A stretch of 32,000 nt of DNA from Erysipelothrix inopinata. GTDB taxonomy: Bacteria; Bacillota_I; Bacilli_A; Erysipelotrichales; Erysipelotrichaceae. The notes below the pieces were generated by a model, which was given only the letters and a program-made list of their open reading frames with translations, was not told the DNA's origin and did no database searches. The stretch spans positions 1,620,001 to 1,652,000 of the forward strand of contig NZ_CP060715.1 of assembly GCF_014396165.1 (NCBI RefSeq), given 5' to 3'. This document shows, in pieces, positions 9,897 to 18,045 of this stretch. Every line of letters begins with the position of its first letter. The first letter of the stretch is position 1. The position numbers and the translations under genes are program-made.

Positions 9897-10597
9897 ATGC
9901 TAGATATTTTAACAGAGCCGTTCTCTAGATTTATAGGGGCTATTTTTGTTTGGACCCTTGGCATTGTTCATGATCATGGACTTGCACTAATTGTCTTAAG
10001 TATAGTTGTTAACATTATACTTTCCCTTTTTATCATTTTGCTGACAAAATTGAGAAGAAAGAGAAGCAAGCTCAATTACAAATGAAACCGAAGTTGGATG
10101 AATTTAAAAGTGTGTATAAAGGATATGAGCTGTATCTATACACAAATAACGTATATCGATTAAATGACTATCATCCTTCATATGCACTTCGTGGACTTGT
10201 TAGCTTGCTAATTCAGATTCCTTTCTTTATGGGTGCGTATGCATACTTATCCCATTTCACTGGATTTGAAGGTGTATCATTTTTATTTTTAAGTGACTTA
10301 TCGAAACCAGATGGACTCTTATCCATAGGTACTTTAAGCATTAATATTTTACCGTTTGTTATGACGGCCATTAACTTAGCATCAGGTTATGTTTATGCTA
10401 AAGATATGACTAAGAGCGAAAAAATTACGCCTATTGTGATAGCTCTGTTCTTCTTGGTAGTGTTATATAATTCGCCATCTAGTTTACTAGTTTATTGGAC
10501 ATGTAATAATATTTTCAGTCTCATTAAAACGCTTGTTTATGCCAAACTAGATAAACAAAAAGCAGAAAAAATTGCAGGAGGTGCGGTAGAATGTTAG
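9897..10597 (+). pseudogene. YidC/Oxa1-family membrane insertase-like gene split by a frame change (ORFs 9897-10085 and 10082-10597)
   Basis: ORF1 'GLALIVLSIVVNIIL' matches YidC TM1. The ORF2 frame is open from 10013 and reads 'FPFYHFADKIEKKEKQAQLQMKPKLDEFK...LVSLLIQIPFFMGAY', the YidC amphipathic helix and TM2 pattern. A -1 shift between 10013 and 10085 (T5 run at 10027-10031) restores one ~233-aa protein. Confidence 0.6.
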
Positions 10598-13500
10598 TTT
10601 TGTACATTGATCCAGGAACTGGAAGTATGCTTATTTCCGCAACAATTGCGTTATTCTCTGTTGCATTCTTTATGTTAAAAGGAGTTATCTACCGTAAGTT
10701 TAGTATTGGAGGCGACAAGGGAGAAGCCTTGGATCCTTCAAAAAAATATGGCTTAGTTTTCTATTCAGAAGGAAAACAATATTGGAATGTGTTCCAACCA
10801 TTGGTAGAGGAAGCAAGCCGTCGTAATATACCTGCAACATACTTTACAAGTGATAAAGAGGACCCAGGTTTAACTGCTAATCTCGAAGGTATTGAAGCTA
10901 AATTCATTGGCTCAGGACGTGAAGCGTATTATGTTTTAAACCGTCTTAATGCCGATGTTGTTGTTATGACGACACCAGGTCTTGATGTCTTGGAAATTAA
11001 ACGAAGTAAAAATGTTAAACATTATGTACACGTAACTCACTCTGCTGGAAGTGTTAGTGAATATAAAGCGTATGGTACTGACTATTTTGATAGTGTTCTT
11101 GTCGGAGGTGATGGGGACTACAGCTTAATTCGAGAATTAGAATCTAAGCGTAATATTAATGTTAAAGAAATAGAAATAATTGGTAACACATATCTCGATG
11201 TGATGCGAACTAACCTAAAGAATGAAAGTTATGAATATACAATTTTCGAAGAAAAAAGACCAACTATTCTATTATCGCCAACTTGGGGCGACCATGGCTT
11301 GCTAACAAAATTTGGAAATGAACTTCTATCCAAATTAGAAGAGACAGATAAATTTAACATTATTATTCGCCCTCATCCGCAATCTTTTATTTCTGAAGCG
11401 CAAGTTATGGAAGAATTGATGACTAAATTCCCTAATAATGAACATCGTGTTTGGAATAGAGATGTTCAGAACCTTAAAGCAATGGCACATGCAGATATCA
11501 TGATTAGTGATTTCTCAGGTATTATTTTCGATTTCTATGCACTGTTTAAAAAACCTATATTGACTCTCAATGGGCAATTGGAAAAGCGCGGTCGTGATGC
11601 AATAGATGTTGATGGTGATGCATGGCATATCGAATTACTCGACGTTATTGGAAAAAATGTATCAGATAAAGATATCCCTAATTTAATTGACATCATTGAT
11701 CAGACACTTGAAAATGAAGCTGTTAATAATAGTGCAGGAGATACACTATCACTCTCTGATAAATATCCAAATGAAGCGGGTACTCGAGGTATGGATTTCA
11801 TTTCTAAGAAACTAGAAGCAGTTAAAAGTAAAGAGACAGAAAACGAAGTCTCCAATGTTGCTTCACAGCCACTTCTTAATGAAAACTATACATTTAATAA
11901 TCGTTGTGAAGGGGTTCAAGGAAACTGGATTACGAAGTTTATTAAATCAATTTTTAATCCGAACATGCTCATTCAGCTTGCGATGGGATCTGCATTGTTA
12001 GTTGGATATACTTATTTAGGTAAGAGATATCTTCCAGAAGGCGGATTGAACTCATTATTCTTAATAGGGATTTTATCAAAAACAGTCATGATTACAATTG
12101 GACTATTACTAATATTTCTATTATTTACATGGGTTCAAGGAAAAGGTAAGATTTCACTTCAGAAACAATCAGAACCAATCGATTGGAAAGATTTATTCTT
12201 TGTTGCCTTACCAATGACACCGATCATCCAATATATCATAGCTAATCAAGATATCTTGGACTTCAAGAGTTCTGTGTTAGTATTTGCAACGTTTGCTTTA
12301 ATAGCAGCAATTGCTATCGTAATTCTTCCTTGGTTTATGAGTACTGTTCTTGCTAAGGATGTTTCAGTTGCTGTCACAATGTCGTTCTTATTTATTGTAT
12401 TCAATATGGCTAGTTTCGGTAAAGTTACTGAACCAAAAACAATATTCTGGATTCTTCTTGGATTGTGTCTTGCTATATTCTTAATATTATTCTTAGACAA
12501 AAAGAAATTACTAATAATTATTTCCTTGATTTTCTTCGTCACAAACTTTGTTACTTCAGTGACCAAAGGGTCAAATAATGAAAAAGAATTTGTAAATGAA
12601 ACAACAGAATACAATACACGAATTGCTGAGATGACTGAAGGTAAAGAAGTAAAACATACGCCTGATGTGTATATCATTATTTATGATGCATACTCTAATC
12701 AACAAACATTAGATGCATACGGTATTGACCACAGTGATCAATTTAACTATATGCTTGATAAAGGCTTCGCGATTTATGATGGTACGTACTCTGTAGGTCC
12801 TTACTCGATCATTGCGATGTCACATTTATTAAACCCTCAACCAATTCCTGAAAGCTCAACTGAATTCAGACGTATGCTAGCGGGAGATGGTTCTGCAGTT
12901 CAAGAATTTAATAAACTTGGATACTTTACGAACTCTGTCCATGAATCAGATTACATGACAAAAGACTTCGATCCGAAATTTGATTATTCTTATCCAGATA
13001 ACAGTTCCTCAATTGCGCCGCATAAGATTATTAATAAAGCAATTTTAGAGGGAGAGTTCAGGTTCGATGTGGAGTTCTCTGAAAATACATATCCTGATTT
13101 TATGGTTGCAAAACGGAAAGTGCTAGCGCAAAATCGTAAAGAACCAGAGTTCCTATATACTCATGGAAGTAATCCTGGTCATACTCAAAATTCGGGCGTA
13201 TTAACGCAGGCTGATTTTGATCAACATGTGTTCGCATTAGAATCTGCCAATGTGGAAATGCGTGATGATTTTAATGCGCTTGATATTGATAACCGTGAAG
13301 ATGCCATTGTTATTATTGCGGGTGATCACGGACCATACCTTACAAAAACAGGGATTGGATTAGGTGACTTCCCACTATCAGAAATTGATCGATTAGACAT
13401 TCAAGATCGTTACGGAGCGCTTCTTGCAATTCACTGGCCTAAAGGTGTGGATCCAACTCGCTTTGATATTCGTACAGTTCAAGATGCTTTACCTGCAGTT

Positions 13501-13677
13501 CTTGCTTATATGTATGATGACGACGAACTTTTTGATCAAATTCGAATGGGTCGTGATATCTTAGCACCTTACACAGTAGGGGAAGCGAATGTTATTGATG
13601 GCAAGATTGTCGGAGGTCCTAATGATGGAGAACCACTCTATCTTGACCGAAAAGTTAGATTTAAAAATGCTAACTGA
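10591..13677 (+). CDS. Tri-modular envelope enzyme: TagB/TagF-like CDP-glycerol glycerophosphotransferase + polytopic membrane block + alkaline-phosphatase-superfamily (sulfatase/EptA/LtaS-like) domain
   Basis: 1028 aa with GGAGG 9 nt upstream. N-terminal TM. Residues ~50-400 carry 'ILLSPTWG', 'IIRPHPQS' and 'ADIMISDFSGIIFDFYALFKKPIL' (TagF pattern). Residues ~455-650 form about 6 TM helices. Residues ~690-1028 carry 'DVYIIIYDAYSNQ', 'LYTHGSNPGH' and 'IIAGDHGPYL'. Confidence 0.75.
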   Translation: MLVLYIDPGTGSMLISATIALFSVAFFMLKGVIYRKFSIGGDKGEALDPSKKYGLVFYSEGKQYWNVFQPLVEEASRRNIPATYFTSDKEDPGLTANLEGIEAKFIGSGREAYYVLNRLNADVVVMTTPGLDVLEIKRSKNVKHYVHVTHSAGSVSEYKAYGTDYFDSVLVGGDGDYSLIRELESKRNINVKEIEIIGNTYLDVMRTNLKNESYEYTIFEEKRPTILLSPTWGDHGLLTKFGNELLSKLEETDKFNIIIRPHPQSFISEAQVMEELMTKFPNNEHRVWNRDVQNLKAMAHADIMISDFSGIIFDFYALFKKPILTLNGQLEKRGRDAIDVDGDAWHIELLDVIGKNVSDKDIPNLIDIIDQTLENEAVNNSAGDTLSLSDKYPNEAGTRGMDFISKKLEAVKSKETENEVSNVASQPLLNENYTFNNRCEGVQGNWITKFIKSIFNPNMLIQLAMGSALLVGYTYLGKRYLPEGGLNSLFLIGILSKTVMITIGLLLIFLLFTWVQGKGKISLQKQSEPIDWKDLFFVALPMTPIIQYIIANQDILDFKSSVLVFATFALIAAIAIVILPWFMSTVLAKDVSVAVTMSFLFIVFNMASFGKVTEPKTIFWILLGLCLAIFLILFLDKKKLLIIISLIFFVTNFVTSVTKGSNNEKEFVNETTEYNTRIAEMTEGKEVKHTPDVYIIIYDAYSNQQTLDAYGIDHSDQFNYMLDKGFAIYDGTYSVGPYSIIAMSHLLNPQPIPESSTEFRRMLAGDGSAVQEFNKLGYFTNSVHESDYMTKDFDPKFDYSYPDNSSSIAPHKIINKAILEGEFRFDVEFSENTYPDFMVAKRKVLAQNRKEPEFLYTHGSNPGHTQNSGVLTQADFDQHVFALESANVEMRDDFNALDIDNREDAIVIIAGDHGPYLTKTGIGLGDFPLSEIDRLDIQDRYGALLAIHWPKGVDPTRFDIRTVQDALPAVLAYMYDDDELFDQIRMGRDILAPYTVGEANVIDGKIVGGPNDGEPLYLDRKVRFKNAN

Positions 13678-13704
13678 TAAATAAATATATTAATACTTAT
13701 ATCT

Positions 13705-13750
13705 AAAAAGCTCTACATAAGGAAACTTTACCTATTTGTAGAGTTTTTTT
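13705..13750 (+). terminator. Rho-independent terminator (large loop)
   Basis: Stem ctctaca (13711-13717) / tgtagag (13737-13743), flanked by an A-run and a T7 run. Confidence 0.55.
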
Positions 13751-13762
13751 ATGTGTTCTAGA

Positions 13763-13808
13763 TACTACAACATGTAGTGTTGACAGAATTAACTACATGT
13801 TGTAGTAT
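13763..13808 (+). promoter_or_regulatory. Autoregulated promoter with two BlaI-type operators flanking -35 and overlapping -10
   Basis: Box 1 is TACTACAACATGTAGT (13763-13778) and box 2 is ACTACATGTTGTAGTA (13792-13807). Each has the ACTACA-N3-TGTAGT core, and they are mutual reverse complements. TTGACA (13780-13785), 17 nt, TAGTAT (13803-13808). Confidence 0.7.
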
Positions 13809-13833
13809 GTCTATGTCGACATGTGGAGGTACT

Positions 13834-14202
13834 ATGAAAACTATAAGTGATGCAGAACTTGAAGTCATGCAATTGATTTGGGACCATGAGGGGGAACCTA
13901 TGACTGTAAAAGAAATTCAACAAAATCTTATTTCGGAAAAACAATGGAAAATTACTACAGTTCAGACCTTTATTAAGCGTCTTACTGACAAAGGCTATCT
14001 TAATGTTGAAAAAATTAATGGTTTAAATAAATATAATGCCAAGGTGAGTCGCGATGCTTTTAGTTCAAGCGAAACCAAGAAAATTATAAATACTATTCAT
14101 TCTGGATCAGTGAAGGATTTCGTTGCTTCACTTATAGATTCTGATGATTTAACGTCAGATGATATTGATGATCTTCGAAACTGGTTGAATGATCATGAGT
14201 AA
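13834..14202 (+). CDS. BlaI/MecI/CopY-family winged-helix transcriptional repressor
   Basis: 122 aa from ATG 13834 (GGAGG upstream). 'ISDAELEVMQLIWD...MTVKEIQQNL...WKITTVQTFIKRLTDKGYL' is the typical Penicillinase_R pattern. The track start at 13777 is non-ATG and lies inside the operator/promoter. Confidence 0.85.
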   Translation: MKTISDAELEVMQLIWDHEGEPMTVKEIQQNLISEKQWKITTVQTFIKRLTDKGYLNVEKINGLNKYNAKVSRDAFSSSETKKIINTIHSGSVKDFVASLIDSDDLTSDDIDDLRNWLNDHE

Positions 14203-15835
14203 TATAGGATTTCATCTTATAGTTATGTCTTTTGTGACATCGATAGTTTATGGTGTTGTTGCACTATGCATAAAACTAAATAATAAATCTTTAAAAGAAC
14301 AAACTAAATATCGAGTATTTCTTTTAACCATGTTACTCTTAGTTTTACCTTTACATCTTGTGTTTCCACAAGTAAATATTGTCAATAACAATAGCATTGA
14401 CAACTTAACCATGAAACCAGATGTTACCTTGATTTCTGCAGAAAAATCTGTAATTGAGACAAAAACAAGTGTGGATTTTCAAAATGAAAATCTTAATAAT
14501 ACCAGTCCTTTCAATGAAGTTAGTACACAAAGCGCATCACTCTATATCTATGTATTTGGTGCAATAATTCTTTTAGGCAGTTACTTAATTTCAATTCTAC
14601 GTTTTAATACTCGAATTCGTAAATTTTTGAAAAGAAATGAAATTAAATCAATTGCTGATAAACCTGAGATATACATTATTGACGAAAAAATGAGCCCGTT
14701 TGTATTTGGATTAATTAATCCAAAGATAATCGTTCCAAAGTATTTAAAAGAAGAAGAAAACTTCCAATTAATATTGGAACACGAACAGACACATATCAAA
14801 CGCCATGATGTGTTGATTAAGCATCTCGCTAACCTGCTCACAATTATTCACTGGTTTAATCCAGCAATCTATCTACTTAAGCGTGATTTATTTAATACCA
14901 TGGAATCTTCGTGTGATGAAGCAGTTCTCGAAAACTGCTCAACTTTGGAGAGAAAAGGTTATGCAACTCTAGTTTTAGATACACTTGAAACAAATATTAT
15001 GAATTCCAGAAAATATTCTTTAGGATTTGCATCAAGTAATAAAGAAAAAACGAAGGAGAGAATTTATTTGATTATGAATGATTCTAAGAAAAGTAAATTT
15101 AAAAAAATATCTACTTATTTTACAATCGGTTTTGCGCTAATCATTACACTGTTCATTTCGAGAAACTTAGTATTTGCTAATACGTTAAATGCACCTGAAC
15201 CTGTAGAAGATATTACTGATGTAATGGGTGATGAGAATGATTCTTCGGATACTAATAATATTTCCAATGAAACAGATGAACTGGATGAAACATTAGAAAC
15301 GACAGAAACTGAAGAAATCGTCGAAACTGAAGAAAAGAACGAAGAGACTGTAGTGCCAGAAGAAAAAACTGTCGTTGAAGAGAAGCTACAGCAAGTTGAG
15401 AAAAAGGAAATCATACAAAAAGTCGAAGAACCTAAAAAAGAAATAAACGATCCCAATCGATGGGCAACTAATCCTGTAAGAGGATCAATTATCTTATGTG
15501 AGTGGGGATGCTATAGCGGTCACTCAGGAACTGACTTTAGTATGGACCCTCAAGTTGAAGGCGTTAATATCTATCCAATTGCGAAGGGTGTTATTATTAA
15601 AGTTGATTATAATGAGGGTGGCTACGGTAATTATATTGTCATTCAGCACGATAATGGGTTTAAATCAACTTATGCTCATATGCAAAGTCTCGACCATAAA
15701 GTTGGGACGAAAGTAACAACTGAAACTGTGATTGGAAAAATAGGAATGACTGGAAGAACGACACAACCACATGTTCACGTGGAAGTTCATAATCCTGAAA
15801 ATGCCAAAGTTGATTTAGGTAAATTTTTAAAATAA
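14189..15835 (+). CDS. BlaR1/MecR1-like M56 signal-transducing metalloprotease with a C-terminal M23 (LytM-type) peptidase domain
   Basis: 548 aa. Its start overlaps the blaI-like stop (ATGATCATGAGTAA). M56 motif 'LILEHEQTHIKRHD'. Late TM 'ISTYFTIGFALIITLFISRNLVFA'. An E/T/K-rich linker precedes M23 motifs 'GHSGTD' (HxxxD) and 'HVHVEVH' (HxH). Confidence 0.85.
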   Translation: MIMSNIGFHLIVMSFVTSIVYGVVALCIKLNNKSLKEQTKYRVFLLTMLLLVLPLHLVFPQVNIVNNNSIDNLTMKPDVTLISAEKSVIETKTSVDFQNENLNNTSPFNEVSTQSASLYIYVFGAIILLGSYLISILRFNTRIRKFLKRNEIKSIADKPEIYIIDEKMSPFVFGLINPKIIVPKYLKEEENFQLILEHEQTHIKRHDVLIKHLANLLTIIHWFNPAIYLLKRDLFNTMESSCDEAVLENCSTLERKGYATLVLDTLETNIMNSRKYSLGFASSNKEKTKERIYLIMNDSKKSKFKKISTYFTIGFALIITLFISRNLVFANTLNAPEPVEDITDVMGDENDSSDTNNISNETDELDETLETTETEEIVETEEKNEETVVPEEKTVVEEKLQQVEKKEIIQKVEEPKKEINDPNRWATNPVRGSIILCEWGCYSGHSGTDFSMDPQVEGVNIYPIAKGVIIKVDYNEGGYGNYIVIQHDNGFKSTYAHMQSLDHKVGTKVTTETVIGKIGMTGRTTQPHVHVEVHNPENAKVDLGKFLK

Positions 15836-15841
15836 CACTTC

Positions 15842-15879
15842 AAGGTATGAATTTATTCTAATAAATTCATACCTTTTTA
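15842..15879 (+). terminator. Rho-independent terminator
   Basis: 14-bp stem aaggtatgaattta / taaattcatacctt, 6-nt loop, T5. Confidence 0.8.
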
Positions 15880-15957
15880 TAATACTCAAGGATAAACTCT
15901 TTAATTATTCACATATTTTGGTATAGTAGTTGTAGAAAAGAAACAGGAGTATATTCT

Positions 15958-17718
15958 ATGAGGCAAGCATTATTTGATTTATTGCGTATCAAGGCGATGA
16001 ACCCACACTTCAAATCGCAACGTGATTTCAAGGAAAAACTTGATTTTTCGTTAGGAAAGATAAACACACTTATAAATGAAGCAATCGAGTTGGATTACAT
16101 GAGAACTCCCGGCTACGATTTAACTCCTAAAGCACTTGAATTTCTAGAGAAATTTAAGGTAGATAATGCTATAATTCTTGCCGCTGGAATCAATGCTCAA
16201 GACACGACTACAAATTATCGTTATCCTAAAGGTATGTATGAAATAAACTCTGTACCTCTTGTTGAACGTCAGATTCAACAATTAAATGAAGTTGGTATTT
16301 ATGATATCACTATTGTAGTAGGGTATGCCAAAGAATCCTTTGAGTATCTTGTAAGTAAATATAATATTGATTTAGAGTATAATGACCAGTTTTCGCATGG
16401 GAATAATATTTTAAGTTTAAAGTGTGTTGCAAATAAATTAAAGAACTCATATGTATTAGACTCAGATATTTTTATGCCCATAAATCTATTCTCAATTTAC
16501 GAGTTAAATTCATGGTGTGCAACTGTAAAATCCAACGATGCAACAAATGCCTGGATTCTAAAAGTTGGATCACACGATAAAGTTGAAAATATTCTTTATG
16601 GCGGAAACAAAGGCAATATTATGACAGGACCAGTCTTTATTAATAGTGCATTTTCTGCGAAACTTGTCGAGGACATGAATCAGGACCTCATTGCTAAAAG
16701 TTCAAGATATTTGTTCTGGGAAGAAATATTCATTAATAGAATCAAGGAATATGAATTGTATGCACGTTTTTTTACTGCTGAGAAAATATTGGAGTTTGAG
16801 AGTTTAAGCGAAGTCCAAAAGTATGATACTTCGTACCTTCAATCTTTAAATGATGAAATCAAGAGTATTATCTCTACAAGTGTCGAGTGGGATGTTTCGT
16901 CTATAAGAAACATCGAATTGTTAAAAAGAGGAGTAACAAATGAAACGTATTCATTTATAATAAATGAAGAAAAATATTGTATTCGAATTCCACGTGGAAG
17001 GTCTGAATCCCTTGTTTCATATTCTAGAGAAAACAGTGTTTATGAGGCTATGAAAGATTCGAATCTTAATGATGATGTTATTTTCTTGGATTTAGACAAA
17101 GGCTATAAAATATCTCGATATATCGAAGGCGAAATGCATGAAATAACGCTTACTGAAAAAATAAATACATTAAAGAAAGCACATCAAAGAAATATTGAGG
17201 TTAAGGAATCATTTGACTTGATGAGTGGAATTCGAAATCTTAGAAAATTGTGCGTACGTCGTGATGCGATTATGTACCGTGATTATAAGGAAGTAAATAA
17301 GAATATCGTTTTGATTTCCAATTTATTAAAAGGAATTAATCGCCCTGCAGTTATTTGTCATGGAGATCCAGTTGAAGGTAATTATATCAAGTTGCAAGAT
17401 GGAAGTATTGTTATGATAGATTGGGAATATGCTGGGATTGCTGATCCGCTTCTTGATGTAGCGATGCTTGCAGTGTTCGAGCCACGTTCTTCTAAGGAAA
17501 TTGATGATATATTGACGCTGTATTTAGAGAGAAACGCAAACAATGAGGAACAGGCCGTATTTTACTCCTATGTAGCTCTATGCGGCTTCTTTTGGGCTCT
17601 CTGGTCACAGTACGAACAATCTCTTGGAGAAAATTTTGGAATGTACAGTATTTATCAGTATCAGTATGCCCGAAGCTACTCTGAGAAAGCGTTAGACGCA
17701 TTAAAGAAATTAGGTTAA
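15958..17718 (+). CDS. Three-part protein: wHTH-like N-terminus + LicC-like nucleotidyltransferase + choline/ethanolamine kinase (LicA-like)
   Basis: 586 aa. Residues ~70-290 align by eye with pneumococcal LicC ('IVVGYAKESFEYLVSKYNIDLEYNDQF...NSYVLDSDIF'). The C-terminus has kinase motifs 'CHGDPVEGNYI' (HxDxxxxN) and 'IDWEYAG'. Confidence 0.75.
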   Translation: MRQALFDLLRIKAMNPHFKSQRDFKEKLDFSLGKINTLINEAIELDYMRTPGYDLTPKALEFLEKFKVDNAIILAAGINAQDTTTNYRYPKGMYEINSVPLVERQIQQLNEVGIYDITIVVGYAKESFEYLVSKYNIDLEYNDQFSHGNNILSLKCVANKLKNSYVLDSDIFMPINLFSIYELNSWCATVKSNDATNAWILKVGSHDKVENILYGGNKGNIMTGPVFINSAFSAKLVEDMNQDLIAKSSRYLFWEEIFINRIKEYELYARFFTAEKILEFESLSEVQKYDTSYLQSLNDEIKSIISTSVEWDVSSIRNIELLKRGVTNETYSFIINEEKYCIRIPRGRSESLVSYSRENSVYEAMKDSNLNDDVIFLDLDKGYKISRYIEGEMHEITLTEKINTLKKAHQRNIEVKESFDLMSGIRNLRKLCVRRDAIMYRDYKEVNKNIVLISNLLKGINRPAVICHGDPVEGNYIKLQDGSIVMIDWEYAGIADPLLDVAMLAVFEPRSSKEIDDILTLYLERNANNEEQAVFYSYVALCGFFWALWSQYEQSLGENFGMYSIYQYQYARSYSEKALDALKKLG

Positions 17719-17767
17719 GCACGATTAACTTTCTAAATATGATAAAATAATCTAGTTGAGGTGAAAT

Positions 17768-18037
17768 ATGAAATCAATTATTACAGTAGTAGGTAAAGAT
17801 AAAGTCGGAATTATTTATAATGTATGTAAATATTTATCCGAGGAGAATATTAATGTTTTAGACATTAGTCAAACAATCGTAAACGATTATTTTAATATGT
17901 TAATGATTGTTGATACGCAAGCATCATCGAATAGTTTTGAAGTTATTAACGATAACATTCAAAGCATTGCCAAAGACTTGGGTGTTGTAATTACAATGCA
18001 GCGCGAAGATATCTTTGTTTCGATGCATAGATTGTAG
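17768..18037 (+). CDS. ACT-domain protein, UPF0237 family
   Basis: 89 aa. '[33 protein letters not shown]' is the ACT pattern, and the gene directly precedes a UPF0210 gene, the conserved pairing. Confidence 0.8.
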   Translation: MKSIITVVGKDKVGIIYNVCKYLSEENINVLDISQTIVNDYFNMLMIVDTQASSNSFEVINDNIQSIAKDLGVVITMQREDIFVSMHRL

Positions 18038-18045
18038 GGGTTGTT

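Noticed and set aside
10013-10085. Programmed -1 ribosomal frameshift in the YidC-like gene
   Set aside because: I found no canonical X XXY YYZ slippery heptamer in the zero frame and no obvious downstream structure. An indel in a homopolymer, or a sequencing error, is simpler.
12246-12677. 143-aa antisense ORF inside the 1028-aa gene
   Set aside because: It lies entirely opposite the TM-coding block of a well-supported gene. It has no RBS and a low-complexity translation, as expected by chance in AT-rich sequence.
13777-13833. N-terminal extension of the BlaI-like ORF (track start 13777)
   Set aside because: The start is non-ATG, the extension overlaps the operators and the -10 element, and it adds a Cys/Ser/Thr-rich peptide unlike the family. 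ATG 13834 has a GGAGG RBS and gives a typical 122-aa repressor.
15235-15450. E/T/K-rich segment of the BlaR1-like protein as a tandem repeat or separate feature
   Set aside because: Only short imperfect reiterations occur (for example gaaactgaagaaa twice). It is best read as a low-complexity linker.
15115-15456. 113-aa Ser-rich antisense ORF
   Set aside because: It mirrors the GAA/ACT-rich acidic linker of the BlaR1-like gene, so it is a compositional artefact.
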